A DNA stretch of 64,000 nucleotides from Squalus acanthias (Eukaryota), in contig CM059432.1 in assembly GCA_030390025.1 (NCBI GenBank), forward strand, positions 70,000,001 to 70,064,000. The letters are read 5' to 3'. The notes beneath the pieces were generated by a model that ran no database searches, was not told where the DNA came from, and saw nothing but the letters and a program-made list of their open reading frames with translations. Positions 13,990-26,376 of this stretch are shown piece after piece (the stretch's first letter is position 1; each line of letters opens with the position of its first letter). The translations under genes were made by a program, and so were the position numbers.

Positions 13990-15060
13990 GAAAAGCTCAC
14001 TTTACTTATAAGGTCCTTCAGATTGTTGTTAACAGCAGGAGCGAATGGAAAAGCCCTCTGCACATCAGAAGGATGACCCACTACTAAACCGAGGTCCAGG
14101 CATGGGAAACAATCATATAAAAGGTCAACATGATTTGTTCAACCTGCCACATCTGGAGTGATGTGTGAAAGAAGGTGTCCAAATTGAAGGAAAGTGCTAA
14201 GGTAAGCAGTGAAGATTGCTGTCAAATGATGTCACTTTGCTGTGTATGGGTATGACCGTCAATTACTTCACATTTCTATATATGGCTGGGTGTCAATTGT
14301 CCAACATCAGTAGAAATTCCTTTCTAAAAGGGTTGCAGATGTCAGCTATTTTTGCCTGAACCATTTCACGTGCTTATTAGCCACTGAGAAAATTGTTCAC
14401 TAACTATCCATATACACAGATAGAACTGACTAAACAAAAGCACTAACTATTCTTTTCCCTCTTCTGCTAGCATGGTATTTCACATTTCATTTTACCAGAC
14501 CTGGTAATATATACACAGTTGTGAATGTTTGCTTCTCTCTGCAAAGTTGCATCTCAAACAATGCATGCTGTTCTTTTCTTTGCAGAAGAAGATGGCTTCA
14601 ATAGGTGCTACAATGCCAGGACTGGTACGGCATGCAACAAATGAAAACCCTTTCCTTTTACAAGAAAGCTACTATGGATATCATAGGCTGGGAAGCTGTA
14701 CAGAGCCTGAGGGATGCAAAGGTTTGTAGAGATGACAATTCTCCTGGTTTGTGCAATGATAGTTGCACATGTTTGCTGTAGCAATGATTTTCACTTTTAT
14801 CAGGCTCAAAGCATTGTTTGTGTTCCAAGTGAAACAAAATAGATAGCGTCACTGCAACAATATTTTGCACAGCAATGCCCGTGTACAACTCCTTTGCCAT
14901 TTTTTTTCCTATGAGCCAGGAGGAGGAAGCTGGTTCAGTGGGACTATTGCACACAATCTACTCTCTGTGTCATTCACATCACTTGAAGCAAGCACCATCC
15001 CAGACACACAAACTTCAGAGGGTATCAGTGAGTTTGAGAGGGGAATAAAAATGAGTTACT
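13990..15060 (+). pseudogene. Possible highly decayed Harbinger Myb-like gene
   Basis: ...KESAK|gtaagc (~14201), ttgcag|KKMAS..ARTG (~14586) and an acidic/ST-rich segment at ~14910-15050 mimic the exon 1/2/3 layout of the other Myb copies. Convergent with the transposase remnant at 16760-17240. Confidence 0.35.
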
Positions 15061-15219
15061 GATAATGGGTGAAGAACAGGCAGAGGTGAAAGATGGAGAA
15101 GGACTGGCTGTTGTTCTGGTGAGATATAGCAAGGCCACAGGCCCTTCTAGGTCGCTTCATGATTCATAGAGCTACTGAAGAAATGGTGGATACTTCACGA
15201 GCATGAACTGATGAGGAAT

Positions 15220-15376
15220 TCACTTGCTTCATTGTATGGGACAATGCAAGTTGGTCCGGATAGAGTCCTGAGCTCACTTGCTTCATTGTATGGGACAATG
15301 CAAGCTGGTCCGGATAGTCCTGAGTTCACTTGCTTCATTGTATGGGACGACGCAAGCTGGTCTGGATAGAGTCCTG
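15220..15376 (+). repeat. Tandem repeat, 3 copies of about 52-54 bp
   Basis: tcacttgcttcattgtatgggac..gcaag.tggtc.ggatag(ag)tcctg starting at 15220, 15274 and 15326. Confidence 0.95.
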
Positions 15377-16759
15377 GATTCTTTTACCCAGTTGGGCAGT
15401 ATTGTGCAGCAAGGGTCACCTACTCTGTGGGCTACAAATGAGTAGCATCAGTGAAATCTACAGGGGAGACCTCAGGCAGGCAGACTGTGAGCACAGTTGG
15501 AGCATCTCTCAAATATGTTTTTGATGAAGATGTCATGGTATTGAGGGTAATCGTCCAAAATGTAGTTAAGTTTGGTTCTGGTGTGATTTTTGGCACAAAG
15601 ATTAATGGCTACAGTCAAGACTTGACCCCCAGTAGTAGTATGCATAAAAAAAGTCACAGGAATGGGTGAGTGCCTCTCAAGTCACTCCTTTGCCAGCACC
15701 TGACTCTGGGCAAGTTAGAGGAAAAGTACTGCAAAGCATTCAAACCTACACAGCCCAAATACAACATATTATTCCTGGTACACAGGCAAGATCATCTGAG
15801 TCTGTAATACACAGAAGTAGGTGGCCAGCAGATGCGTGCAAGTGCTCTGAAGTTCTCTCAGGAATTGTCCATATCTACTCCGTCCAATAGGATATCACTT
15901 AGAAGTAGTACACAAGAAAGGAAATGATGCACGCGTTTGCAAAACACTAAAGGATCATGTTAAATCAGTTTATAATGTATTGACATACGCGCTGTTACTT
16001 TAATAAAAACAAATATTCAACATTGATAAGCTTGCAGTCAGTACTTTTTAATGTGAAAACAAAATATTTTACACATAGCCACCGGAGAAAAAAGAAACAC
16101 CGAGTCGAAAACAAAACTGGGTAATTTTAGTTAAAAGATATGTACAAACTCCTGAATTCTTTCCTTCTGTTTGTAGGAAGGGCAGTATGCATGTCTCAAT
16201 TAAAAAAAATATTAGTCAGTGCCTGTCTGATCTGTTCTACCTGGGACACTGATTGGTGTAACGCATGGGGATCATGTTCCCCCCATCCTCTTCCTGGGGC
16301 TTGTCTTTCTGAATCTATTCTTTTGCAAGCATGCATACATCTCTTGGGCAATATTGTGCAGCATGTAACAAACTACAGTTATTCTGCCTTATACTTCAAG
16401 GCACTACTTGTATAGTTTAAAGATTGGAAATTGTGTTAGAAGGCAAAATGTTTGCTTTGTTATATTTCTACCTTACTAATATATATCATGGGTGGCCTTT
16501 TCATAACTGATAAGGGGAGGGGAGTCAGCAAAGGTGCTATAGAGTACGGGTAATCTGTATGTCTCAGAAACCAATTTTGCTTTCTGTCTTCCCCTTTAAA
16601 GAGTTGGGGATCCCTTGATTTTCCCAAAATTGTGTGCATTGTGAGCACTACCTGGAAAATGAACATTAACTTGCAGAATTTTCTACTGGTGGTCATATAC
16701 CATTTGAGTTTTGAGGGAGCAGTAACCTTTTCTTTTGATAAAAGGGGGAGCACTGTCTC

Positions 16760-17240
16760 AGCTGTATGAAGGCCAATGTGAGAGCAATCAGTGTCGCCTT
16801 GTAATGGGGGAATGTCTCGGAACTGGCAAGACTGAGTTTGTACATCCAGCTGGTGGTACATGCCATGCTGAACTTGATGCCTGGTAGGATCCGTTACCTC
16901 AATTATGCAGCATTGAACTGAATACTGGCTTATCTGAGTGATGTCTCCTGTTGGTGCTTGGAAGCACTCAGCAACATTGAGGAGGAGTGCAGTTGTCACG
17001 TTCCCTTCCACTGAGACAGCTTCCTGACTGCTGGGTTGGATCCAGGAGCTGACACAATCTGAGATCACATCCCTATTAAGGTGCACCCTCCTTACACTCT
17101 GTTCCTCAAGTACGTGTCATATCAGGACTACTCCTGCTGCATTAGAAAGTAGTGAGTCCTGTAAGTCCATCTCCTGTAGCCTCAAAGCTCCTGGGTCTTG
17201 GTCTCCTGGTGCTTGCTGCTCTTCCCACTTCAAATGTACA
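16760..17240 (-). pseudogene. Old, decayed Harbinger DDE transposase N-terminal region
   Basis: EEQSVRRVHLNRDVISD...VSVEGNVTTAL...FQAPTGDITQISQYSVQCCIIEVTD...PLQGDTDCSHIGL aligns by eye with SEEQCLRRLHFSKEVVTE...LSVAVKITVAL...FQSATGDIANISQFAVHCCICQVTN...PMVQGAIDCTHVAL (35993-36568). Confidence 0.72.
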
Positions 17241-17608
17241 TAGCAATGGTTGACAGTACAATACCTATGCTGCAGAGCTAAGCAAAAACCTCATCTTAAT
17301 CATTGGAACTCTATCGGCTCTCCCAGTGCTTTCATGCTTTCTTTAAATAAGGGACATTTAATGTGGGAATGAAGAAAATACTGAGTAAATTTGCAAATTC
17401 CACATTAATTGTTGCTTAATAAACACTTAACAAGAAAATAATGTTAATGCTGAGTCTGTGGATTAACATATATTAGAAATATTTACTCTCCGGAGTTTAG
17501 GAGTATGGGCACCCACTAAATTAATGCCAAGTCACAGAATCACTGCCCAGTAATACACAATTAGTACATGTGCTGACTCTAAAATAAAGAGCAAATTAAA
17601 CTCCCTCC

Positions 17609-17988
17609 ATAAAGCAGAGAAGGTTAAGGGGGGATTTCATAGAGGTGTTCAAAATTATGAAGGGTTTAATAGAGTAGATAGGGAGAAACTGTTTCCACTG
17701 GCAGGAGGGTTAGTAACCAGAGGACACAGACTTAAGATAATTGGCAAAAAATCCAGGGGGCAAATTAGAAGAATTTTTTTTAATGCAGCGAGTTGTTACA
17801 ATCTGGAATGCACTTCCTAGAAGGGTGGTGGAAGCAGATTCAATAATAACTTTCAAACGAGAATTGGGTATATACTTGAAAAGGTGAAATTTGTAGGGCT
17901 ATGGGGAAAGAGCAGGGGGCTGGGATTAATTTGATAGCTGTTTCAAAGAGCCGGCACCGGCAAGATTGGCTAGATTCTATGATTCTAT
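17609..17988 (+). mobile_element. CR1 LINE 3' end
   Basis: agaaggttaagggggga..., tggaatgcacttcc, tail gattctatgattctat. Confidence 0.88.
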
Positions 17989-18194
17989 TAAATCTGATTG
18001 CGTAGAATTATTTTTGAAAGGCACAAAGAAATTTCACAGGAAAGAAATCCTGGAACTGTTTGTGTGCTCAACATTTGCACTTGTTTCAGAATGAGTATGC
18101 TGAGAATTATCATCATCAATTGTCTCAATCTCAAATGGTCATCTCAATACCATAAATGTCTATTTGCATTTCTAAATACTTATACATCCTCAGG

Positions 18195-18534
18195 ATAGAT
18201 TGAGAACTGGCTGGCACGATGTAGGCAATAAATAGTTATAGATGGATTTGTATCTGTTTGGAGACCGGTCACCAGTGGTGTCCTGCAGGGATCAGCGTTG
18301 GGACAGTTGCTCTTCACTATTTTTATTAATGATCTGGATGTAGGTGTTTGGCACGATCTGCAAATTTGCAGATGATACCAAGTTCTGTGTGATTGTTAGG
18401 ACTATAGACTATGCTCGTTTGCTTCAGATGGATCTTAATGTGTTGGGAGATTGGGCTCATGACTGGCAAATGATGTATAACTTAGATAAGTGCAGTGTTA
18501 TGCATGTGGGCAGGGAAAATGCTCAACATTCATA
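18195..18534 (+). mobile_element. Old CR1 RT fragment, interrupted by a Harbinger terminus
   Basis: [37 protein letters not shown] motifs. Confidence 0.85.
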
Positions 18535-20218
18535 GGCGGAAAAATTCAGTACCTTAGCGCCTCCTAACGGGGCGCTACAGCATTATCACTGGGACGAAGT
18601 GAATCCAACGTCGCACGCCAAATCCTCCCCCTCCCCCCCACACAGTGCCGCCGCTAACGGTTATCACTGGGAGCCTCCGCACCAGGTGGATCGTGACGTC
18701 AGTGAGTATGCAACATTCACTGACCGATCTGCAAAATTGATTGTCGCCACCTACCTTAGCGCCTGGAGTAAACAGCGACAGGGAGAGCTGGCGTGAAGCA
18801 CCAGGATGCCGACTCCAGGGATGTTATATAAAGGGATCATCAGTAATGAGTCGCAGCTGTTGATTAGTGGAATTTCAGTGCTTTCTTGTCAGTTTCACAT
18901 AGTCCAACAGTCTCATTCTGTAATTTCAATATTATTTAGTATCAGGAGCATTGTGGCAACTAAAAAGGAGCTACATTTATTCTGAAAAAAATCAAACTGC
19001 TACACTTGGTTACATTAATGGGGGCTATACTGGCAGTCGACCTCGCCCTCCAAGATCTACGGCAGAGGGAGCGGAGGCAGCGAGAAAGACTGGAACATGT
19101 GCCCAGAGGCCGGAGGAGGGCCATCAGGGTTCTCAACAGGAGGCCTTACCCTCTGAGGGTATTCCGAGAGCACTTCTCCTACCTCATACCTCCAATTAAG
19201 CAAGGAGTAGTGTATTAGGAGGCTACGCTTCACCAAGGAGGTGGTCACAAAACTCTGCCACCTCCTGAAATCAGACCTCCAGCCTCAGATCAGGACGACC
19301 ACGGCTCTCCCAGTGGCAGCCAAGATCACCGTCGCCCTCAATTTCTTCGCCAGCAGATCCTTCCAGTCTGCAACAGAAGACATATCGAACATCCCGCAGT
19401 TCGCCGTCCATCGCTGCATCCGGGAGGTCACAGAGGCTCTCTACAGTAGGAGAAGGGACTATATTTCCTTTCCCATCACCAGAGAGAAGCAGGATGAATA
19501 TGCATGTGGCTTTGCCAGGATAGCGAGATTTCAATGGTGCAGGGCGCCATTAACTGTACCCACATGGATTTGTGGGCACCGCATAACAATCCTGAGTTCT
19601 TCCGTAACTGCAAAGGCTACCACTCACTTAATGTGCAGTTGGTGTGCAACCACAGACAGCTAATACTCAATGTCAATGCCCGCTATCCTGGCAGGAGCCA
19701 CGATGTCTTCATCCTATGCCAGCACTTTTCCAGCCACCATGTCAAGCTCGTGGCTGGCTGGTCGGCGACAAGGGCTATCCGCTCTCCAGCTGGCTCATGA
19801 GTCCCCTCCGCAACCCCAACACTCCTGCCCAGCACTCATATAATGACAGCCATGCTGCCACCAGGAACATCATCGGGGTGCTCAAGCAACGGTTACGCTG
19901 CCTTGACCACTCGGGAGGAGCCCTCTAGTACACGGATGAGCAGGTGTCCCATTTCGTGGTGGTCTGCTGCATGCTCCACAACTTGGTCATCATGAGGGAC
20001 CAGCCTTTGCCACCAGGGAGTGCGGGACCACCTCAGGAGGAGGAAGAGGAAGATGAGGAGGATGACAAGGAGGACGATAAGGAAGATGAACAGGAGGATG
20101 AACAGGAGCAAGGGATGAGGCAGCCACTCAATCAGCCTTCTGCAGGGGCGGTCCGTGACCGCCTCATCAGAATGTGGTTCGAATGAATTAAACCCCAGAT
20201 CCCCCTTGCTCACCACAT
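18535..20218 (+). mobile_element. Harbinger element, transposase half (truncated by LINE-B)
   Basis: ATA|GGCGGAAAAATTCAGT terminus resembles 33109/37244. TAGCGCC motifs. Transposase reads inward. Confidence 0.85.
19018..20186 (+). pseudogene. HARBI1-like DDE transposase, frameshifted
   Basis: RRPYPLRVFR, KITVALNFFAS.SFQ, VQGAINCTH, FRNCKGYHSLNVQLVC, GWLVGDKGYPL, IGVLKQR.RCLD, CCMLHNL and an acidic tail, spread across several frames. Confidence 0.9.
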
Positions 20219-22470
20219 TTTTTTTATTCGTTTATGGGATGTGGGCGTCACTGGCAAGGTCAGCATTCATTGCCCATCCCTAATTGCCTTTGAGAAGGTG
20301 GTGGTGAGCCGCCTTCTTGAACTGCTGCAGTCCGTGTGGTGAAGGTACTCCCACAGTGCTGTTAGGGAGGGAGTTCCAGGATTTTGACCCAGCGATGATG
20401 AAGGATCGGCGATATACTTCTACGTCAGGATGGTGTGTGACTTGGAGGGGAACTTGGAGGTGGTGGTGTTCCCATGCACCTGCTGCCCTTGTCCTTCTAG
20501 GTGGAAGAGGTCGCGAGTTTGGAAGGTGCTGCCGAAGAAGCCTTGGCAAGTTGCTGCAGTGCATCCTGTAGATGGTACACACTGCAGCCACGGTACGCCG
20601 GTGGTAGAGGGAGTGAATGTTTAAGGTGCTGGATGGGGTGTCAATCAAGCGGGCTGCTATGTCCTGGATGGTGTCGAGCTTCTTGAGTGTTGTTGGAGCT
20701 GCACTCATCCAGGCAAGTGGAGAGTATTCCATCACACTCCTTACTTGTGCCTTGTAGATGGTGGAAAGGCTTTGGGGAGTCAGGAGGTGAGACACTCGGC
20801 ACAGAATACCCAGCCTCTGACCTGCTCTTGTTGCCACAGTATTTATGTGGCTGGTCCAGTTAAGTTTCTGGTCAATGGTGACCCCCAGGGTGTTGATGGT
20901 GGGGGATTTGGCGATGGTAATGCTGTTGAATGTCAAAGGGCAGTGGTTAGACTCTCGCTTGTTGGAGATAGTCATTGCCTGGCACTTCTGTGGCACGAAT
21001 GTTACCTGCCACTTATCAGCCCAAGCCTGAACATCGTCCAGGTCTTGTTGCATGCGGGCTTGGACTATTTCATTATCTGAGGAGTTGTGAATGGCACTGA
21101 ACACTGTGCAGTCATCAGCGAACATCCCCATTTTTGACTTTATGTTGGAGGGAAGGCCATTGATAAAGCAGCTGAAGATGGTTGGGCCTAGGACACTGCC
21201 CTGAGGAACTCCTGCAGCGATGTCCTGGGGCTGTGATGATTGACCTTCAATCACCACAACCATCTTCCTTTTGCTAGGTATGACTCCAGCCAGTGGAGAG
21301 TTTCCCCCCGCCCCCCGATTCCCATTGACGTCAGATTTACTAAGGCTCCTTCATGCCACGCTCAGTCAAATGCTGCCTTGATGTCAAGGGCTGTCACTCT
21401 CACCTCACCTCTGGAATTCAGCTCCTTTGTCCATGTTTGGACCAAGGCTGTAATGAGGTCGGGAGCCAAGTGGTCTTGGCGGAACCCAAACTGGGCATCA
21501 GTGAGCAGGTTATTGGTGAGTAAGTGCCGTTTGATAGCACTGTTGATAACACCTTCCATCACTTTGCTGATGATTGAGAGTAGACTGATGGGGTGATAAT
21601 TGGCCGGATTGGATTTGTCCTGCTTTTTGTGGACAGGATATACCTGGGCAGTTTTCGACATTGTCGGATAGATGCCAGTGTTGTAGCTGTAATGGAACAG
21701 CTTGGCTAGAGGCGTGGCTAGTTCTGGAGCACATGTCTTCAACACGATAGTCAGGATGTTGTCAGGGCCCATAGCCTTTGCTGTATCCAATGCGCTGAGC
21801 CGTTTCTTGATATCACGTGGAGTGAATCGAATTGGCTGGTCACTGCGACCAATACTGTCATGGACAGATGCATCTGCGACAGGTAAATTGGTGAGGACGA
21901 GGTCAAGTAGGTTTTTCCCTCGTATTGGTTCTCTCACCACCTGTCGCAGGCCCAGACTGGCAGCTATGTCCTTCAGGACTCAGCCAGCTCGGTCAGTAGT
22001 GGTGCTATCGAGCCACCCAGAGTACATTCTGTGCCCTTGCTACTCTCAGTGCTTCATCCAAGTGGTGTTCAACATGGAGGAGTACTGATTCATCAGCTGA
22101 GGGAGGGCGGTAGGTGGTAATCAGCAGGAGGTTTCCTTGCCCGTGCTTGACCTGAAGCCATGAGACTTCATGGGGTCCGGAGTCAATGTTGAGGACTCCC
22201 AGGGCCACTCCTTCCCACTGTGCCGCCACCCCTGGTGGGTCTGTCCTGCTGGTGGGACAGGGCATACCCAGGGATGGTGATGGAGGAGTTTGGGACATTG
22301 GCTGAAAGGTATGATTCTGTGAGTATGACTATGTCAGGCTGTTGCTTGACTAGTCTGTGGGACAGCTCTCCCAATTTTGGCACAAGTCCCCAGATGTTGG
22401 TGAGGAGGACTTTGTAAGGTCGACTGGGCTGGATGTGCCGTTGCTGTGTCCGTAGACGGTGCCAAGGTCA
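20219..22470 (-). mobile_element. LINE-B with APE endonuclease and RT, internally deleted at about 21838
   Basis: Minus ORFs 20280-21263, 21362-21940 and 22005-22383 (PDIVILTES, TYRPP, IGRSD|QPIRFTP junction). Poly-A tail at about 20219. Confidence 0.92.
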
Positions 22471-22477
22471 ATGCTAG

Positions 22478-22577
22478 GCCATTTCAGAGGGCAGTTAAGA
22501 GTCAACCACATTGCTGTGGATCTGGAGTCACATATAGGCCAGACTAGGCAAGGACGGCAGATTTCCTTCCCTAAAGG
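22478..22577 (-). repeat. SINE body fragment of the 41595-42018 family
   Basis: Reverse complement matches agggaaggaaa.ctgccgtcctt...gtctggcctatatgtgact...gtggttgac.cttaactg at 41770-41850. Confidence 0.75.
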
Positions 22578-23167
22578 AACAGGCTGGCTTAACAGGCTGG
22601 CTTCCAGTCAGGCGGGGTACGCAGGCTGGACACTGCAGCAACAGGTAATTGCTGGGTCCAGGTGAGGTGGGGGTTTCCAAGCCCGGGGGGAAGGGGGCAG
22701 GGTACGATCCCCAACCCAGAGGTAGTCCAATCCCCAGGAGGGGTCCGATTCCCTGACCCGGGGGTGGGAGGGAAGTTGCGATCGCCGGGAGGGGTCCGAT
22801 CCCTGTAGCTGGAGGGGTGGGGATCCGATCCTCGACTCTGGGGGGGTACGGGCTGCTTGTGGTGGAGCTTGGGGGGCCTGGAGGAAGCACTCCTGCTCCT
22901 CCCGGCCCACAAGGATTGCTCCCCGAGTTTGTGGCCTCCTCAGCGAAGCTGCCGGGAGTCCCAAGCCCCGGGATCCCAGGCCGCATGCTGTTTAGGTGAA
23001 ATTAGAGGTTTCAGGCCTCATTATCATATTTAAATAGCCAACCCGCCTCCTGGCAGCGGGTTGGCTGCCCCCCCCCCCCCCCCCGCCCCCCAACCCCACC
23101 CACCTGAGTAAAAGGTGAAAGTGGGTGGGTTGGTGTCGGGTTTTAGATTTTTCCAACATTCACTTCC

Positions 23168-23253
23168 GGGGAGGAATTTTCACAGGAAAAAATGGGTGGG
23201 TTGGAGGCGGGGCACCTCCAACCCACCCGTTTTTTCCTCTGAAAATTCTCCCC
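23168..23253. repeat. About 86-bp near-perfect palindrome made of two Harbinger-like termini
   Basis: ggggaggaattttcacaggaaaaaatgggtgggttggagg versus cctccaacccacccgttttttcctctgaaaattctcccc. Confidence 0.8.
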
Positions 23254-23470
23254 TTTGTGTCTAATCTCTAATTATTTTTGCTAACTAATAATGTAATATA
23301 TACTTAGATTAATCAGACTCAGTAGAGTCATGTAATTCTTGCATTCTAGTAGGAACGGGAACGTTCCGTACAAATTTCAAGTGTACCAGTAATTCAGATA
23401 ATATTTCTTTCAAATTCTATAAATTTACAACATTCGCAGCCTTAATCTTTATGTATTTGTTGTCATCACA

Positions 23471-24085
23471 GGGAGATTTTGCCAACTTTTCTGACATCTA
23501 ATTTTAATAATGTATTCGACATTTACTGCACATAAAGTAAGAGAAACACAGGCTGGAACTTTGTTTACCTGGGCAGGTCGGGTGCGGGCGGTCGCCGTGG
23601 CGTGTCGCGACCCCGTTGTTGATTTGATGACATCATCGATGATGCATTTTCTGCTGGTATATTTAAAGGAGCCATGGCCACATTGCATTTGAAGGTTCAT
23701 CTGGACATGTGCAGGTAGCACACAATACAATTAGACTGCTGCAAACATTTCCAGCGATGGGCTGCACCCAGGTTCTCCGATGACTCTCTAGGTATGCTTG
23801 TGGAGGGAGTGAGAGCACGCAGGAGGTCCTCTTCCCTTCTAATTGGCAGAAGAGACCTCCCCAGGAAACCAAAAGAGCCTTGCTCCAAATAGCTGAGGAG
23901 GTAAATAGCAGGGATGCTGTGAGGAGGACCTGGGTGCATTCCCCAAGCATTTCAATCATCTCATTAGATCAGGAAAGGTGAGTACAAAGCCACACTCAAC
24001 TTCATCCTGCTGTGCCTCTCATCACATCCCCATCACTCTGCCTTCCCAACCCTGCTGCTGCACTCACACCAACATACCTTGCATG
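23471..24085 (+). mobile_element. Harbinger left end with Myb exon 1 remnant (~23760-23977), truncated by CR1
   Basis: GGGAGATTTTGCC terminus. AAPRFSDDSLGMLVEGV..EVLFPS..KRPPQETK...HFNHLIRSGK|gtgagt. Confidence 0.75.
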
Positions 24086-25431
24086 TCTACCCGAGCAGAT
24101 AAGAGAAGTAAAAGTAGGGGAATCTCTAGGCAATAGTGACCATAATATAATACACTTTAAGATAATAATTGCGAAGGACATAAGTATGATGAAGACCAGG
24201 GTAATAGATTGGAGAAAAGCTGATTTTGAGGGGCTGACAATAGAACTTGGGAAAATAAAATGGACAACAATATCGGCAAAAATTGATGTAGAACAGCAAT
24301 GGGAAACATATAAAATGATGTTTAACTGAGTCCAGGAAAAATATACTCTGCTAAAAAACAAGAACAAACTAAACACTAATAAGACACTATGGATGAATAA
24401 AGATGTATGGTAAAAATTGAGGGTTAGGAAAGAGGCATACACTAAGTACATGGATAGCAGTACGAGCAATGACAAGGGAGAATACGAAGAGATTAGGAGA
24501 GAAGTCAAAAAAAATTAGGAAGGCAAAGAGGAACTATGAAATTAAATTATCCAGGAACATAAAACAAAATAGTAAATAGTCTACAGGCACATAAATAAAA
24601 AAAGGTTAGTTGGGATGGGAATAGAGCGACTAAGGGATGCACAGGACAAAATCACCGGCAGCGATAGTGAAATGGCAAAATATTAAATAATTACTTTGTT
24701 TCAGTATTTACCAGGGAGACAGATCAGGTGGACATGACATCAGAAGATAGGATTAGAAATGATATAACCACATTTAAAATAAAAAGAGGAGAAATATTAA
24801 ATAAACTAATCAAACTCAAAGACCTGGTCCAGATGGATTACATCTGTGCATTTTTTACACATATTTAATAATTCATTAGAAAAAGGTGTCGTGCCAGAGG
24901 ACTGGTGGATAGCTAACGTAATACCGATATGGAGAGGTGCAAAAAAGATTTACATGGATGATACCAGAAATGTGAGAAATGTTAGATTATACCCATCAGG
25001 AAAGGATGAACAGGCTGGGTCTCTTTCTCTTGAAAAGAGAAGATTGAGGGGTGACCAAATACAGATCTTTAAAATTATGAAAGGCTTTGCTAGGGTAGAC
25101 ACAGAGAGAGTGTTTCCACTTGTGAGGAAGAGCAAAACTAGAAGCCATCAATATAAGATAGTCACCAAGAAATCAAATATAGAATTCAGAAGAAACTTCT
25201 TTACCCAGAGAGTGGTGAGAATATGGAACTCGCTACCACAGGGAGTGGTTGAGGCGAATTGTATAGATGTATTTAAGGGGAGGCTAGATAAGCATATGAG
25301 GGAGAAGGGAATAGAGGGTTATGCTGATAGAGATAGATGAGCAAAGACAGAAGGAGGCTCAAGTGGGGCAAAAATGCCAGCATGGACTGGTTGGGCCGAA
25401 TGGTCTGTTGCTGTGCTATATATTCTATGTA
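24086..25431 (+). mobile_element. CR1 LINE with large internal deletions
   Basis: LGNSDHNII endonuclease C-terminus, then VPEDW joined directly to the ORF2 C-terminus. Homologous to 30240-32448. Confidence 0.88.
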
Positions 25432-25631
25432 ACATCAAAGTTTCAGTTACCAAAACGCAATTTATTTAAGAGTGCACTTAAACAGAGTGTTACAGGTGGG
25501 AATTTGGAGAGAGTGGTTATTCACAGCAGAGGGGGAAAGAGGTGCTGCTTTTTGCCTCCAATACTTGTAGTACTTTGTGTTCACTGATGATTGCACAGTG
25601 TTCAGCTCCATTCGCAACTCATAGAGTCATA

Positions 25632-26020
25632 GGGCTGGATTTTGAATGACCCATGGAGTCGGGTTTGGAGGCGTGTGGGGGGTTAAATTTGCAGGGTCGG
25701 GGGTCCCGACCCCATCCTGACTCCATCCCGCCTCCAAGCAATTTTGACAAAATCAATCGCGGGGTTCCCGACTCCATCCCGCCTCCAAGAGGCGGGAGAG
25801 GCCATTAAAGCCCTTAACGAGCTCTAAATTGGCTCTGTAATGCGATTTTCAAACGTTTTAGCTAGTTTAACCCTTTTCTGACGTGAAGCACGCCTGGTGT
25901 GAAACACTCCAGTGAAACCTGGCGGGAGCACAAGTGGATAGCTGGCTGCAGGTCCACTATTACAACAGAGATGTGATGAAGGTAGTAGTAGTATTAGGTG
26001 GTTGTGAAAGTCGCATGGCA

Positions 26021-26083
<63 letters not shown>

Positions 26084-26365
26084 TTTCCTCCCCCCACATC
26101 TTGAATCGAGGACCACTCACATCAAAAGCAAGGCAGGTCCTCTCTTACCAACAGTCTCTCAGACTAGGCAGTCAGCAATGATGACATCATCAGAGGCGAC
26201 TTTCAGACTCAAACCACTAATTAGTTCATGGGACCCACATGCTGGAACTCAATTGACCAATTAAGTGAAAATTGCATCATTCTTCCACATTCAACTGGAG
26301 TCGGGGGGGAAACACGAAATGCGGATGACACGACCCCAACCCGACCCCAAGACAAAATCCAGCCC
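25632..26365 (+). mobile_element. Harbinger-type MITE with TSD ATA
   Basis: ATA|GGGCTGGATTTT...AAAATCCAGCCC|ATA. Internal (TC)n. Confidence 0.92.
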
Positions 26366-26376
26366 ATAGACTCTAT

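Noticed and set aside
15220..15376. CRISPR-like array (also considered for 33846-33954 and 52179-52319)
   Set aside because: These are contiguous tandem units with no unique spacers and no cas genes, in a vertebrate context.
19018..20186. Host HARBI1 gene (also considered for 35588-36734)
   Set aside because: Both are frameshifted, lie next to TIRs and occur as multiple copies, so they are transposon copies rather than the domesticated gene.
20280..21263. Functional reverse transcriptase, retron or DGR-like system from the many RT ORFs
   Set aside because: All RT ORFs are truncated or disrupted non-LTR LINE fragments with typical tails. None has an intact ORF2.
22528..22999. Proline/glycine-rich ORFs
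   Set aside because: They arise from GC-rich repetitive sequence (gggtccgat/gggatccgat units) open in several frames, with no recognisable domain.
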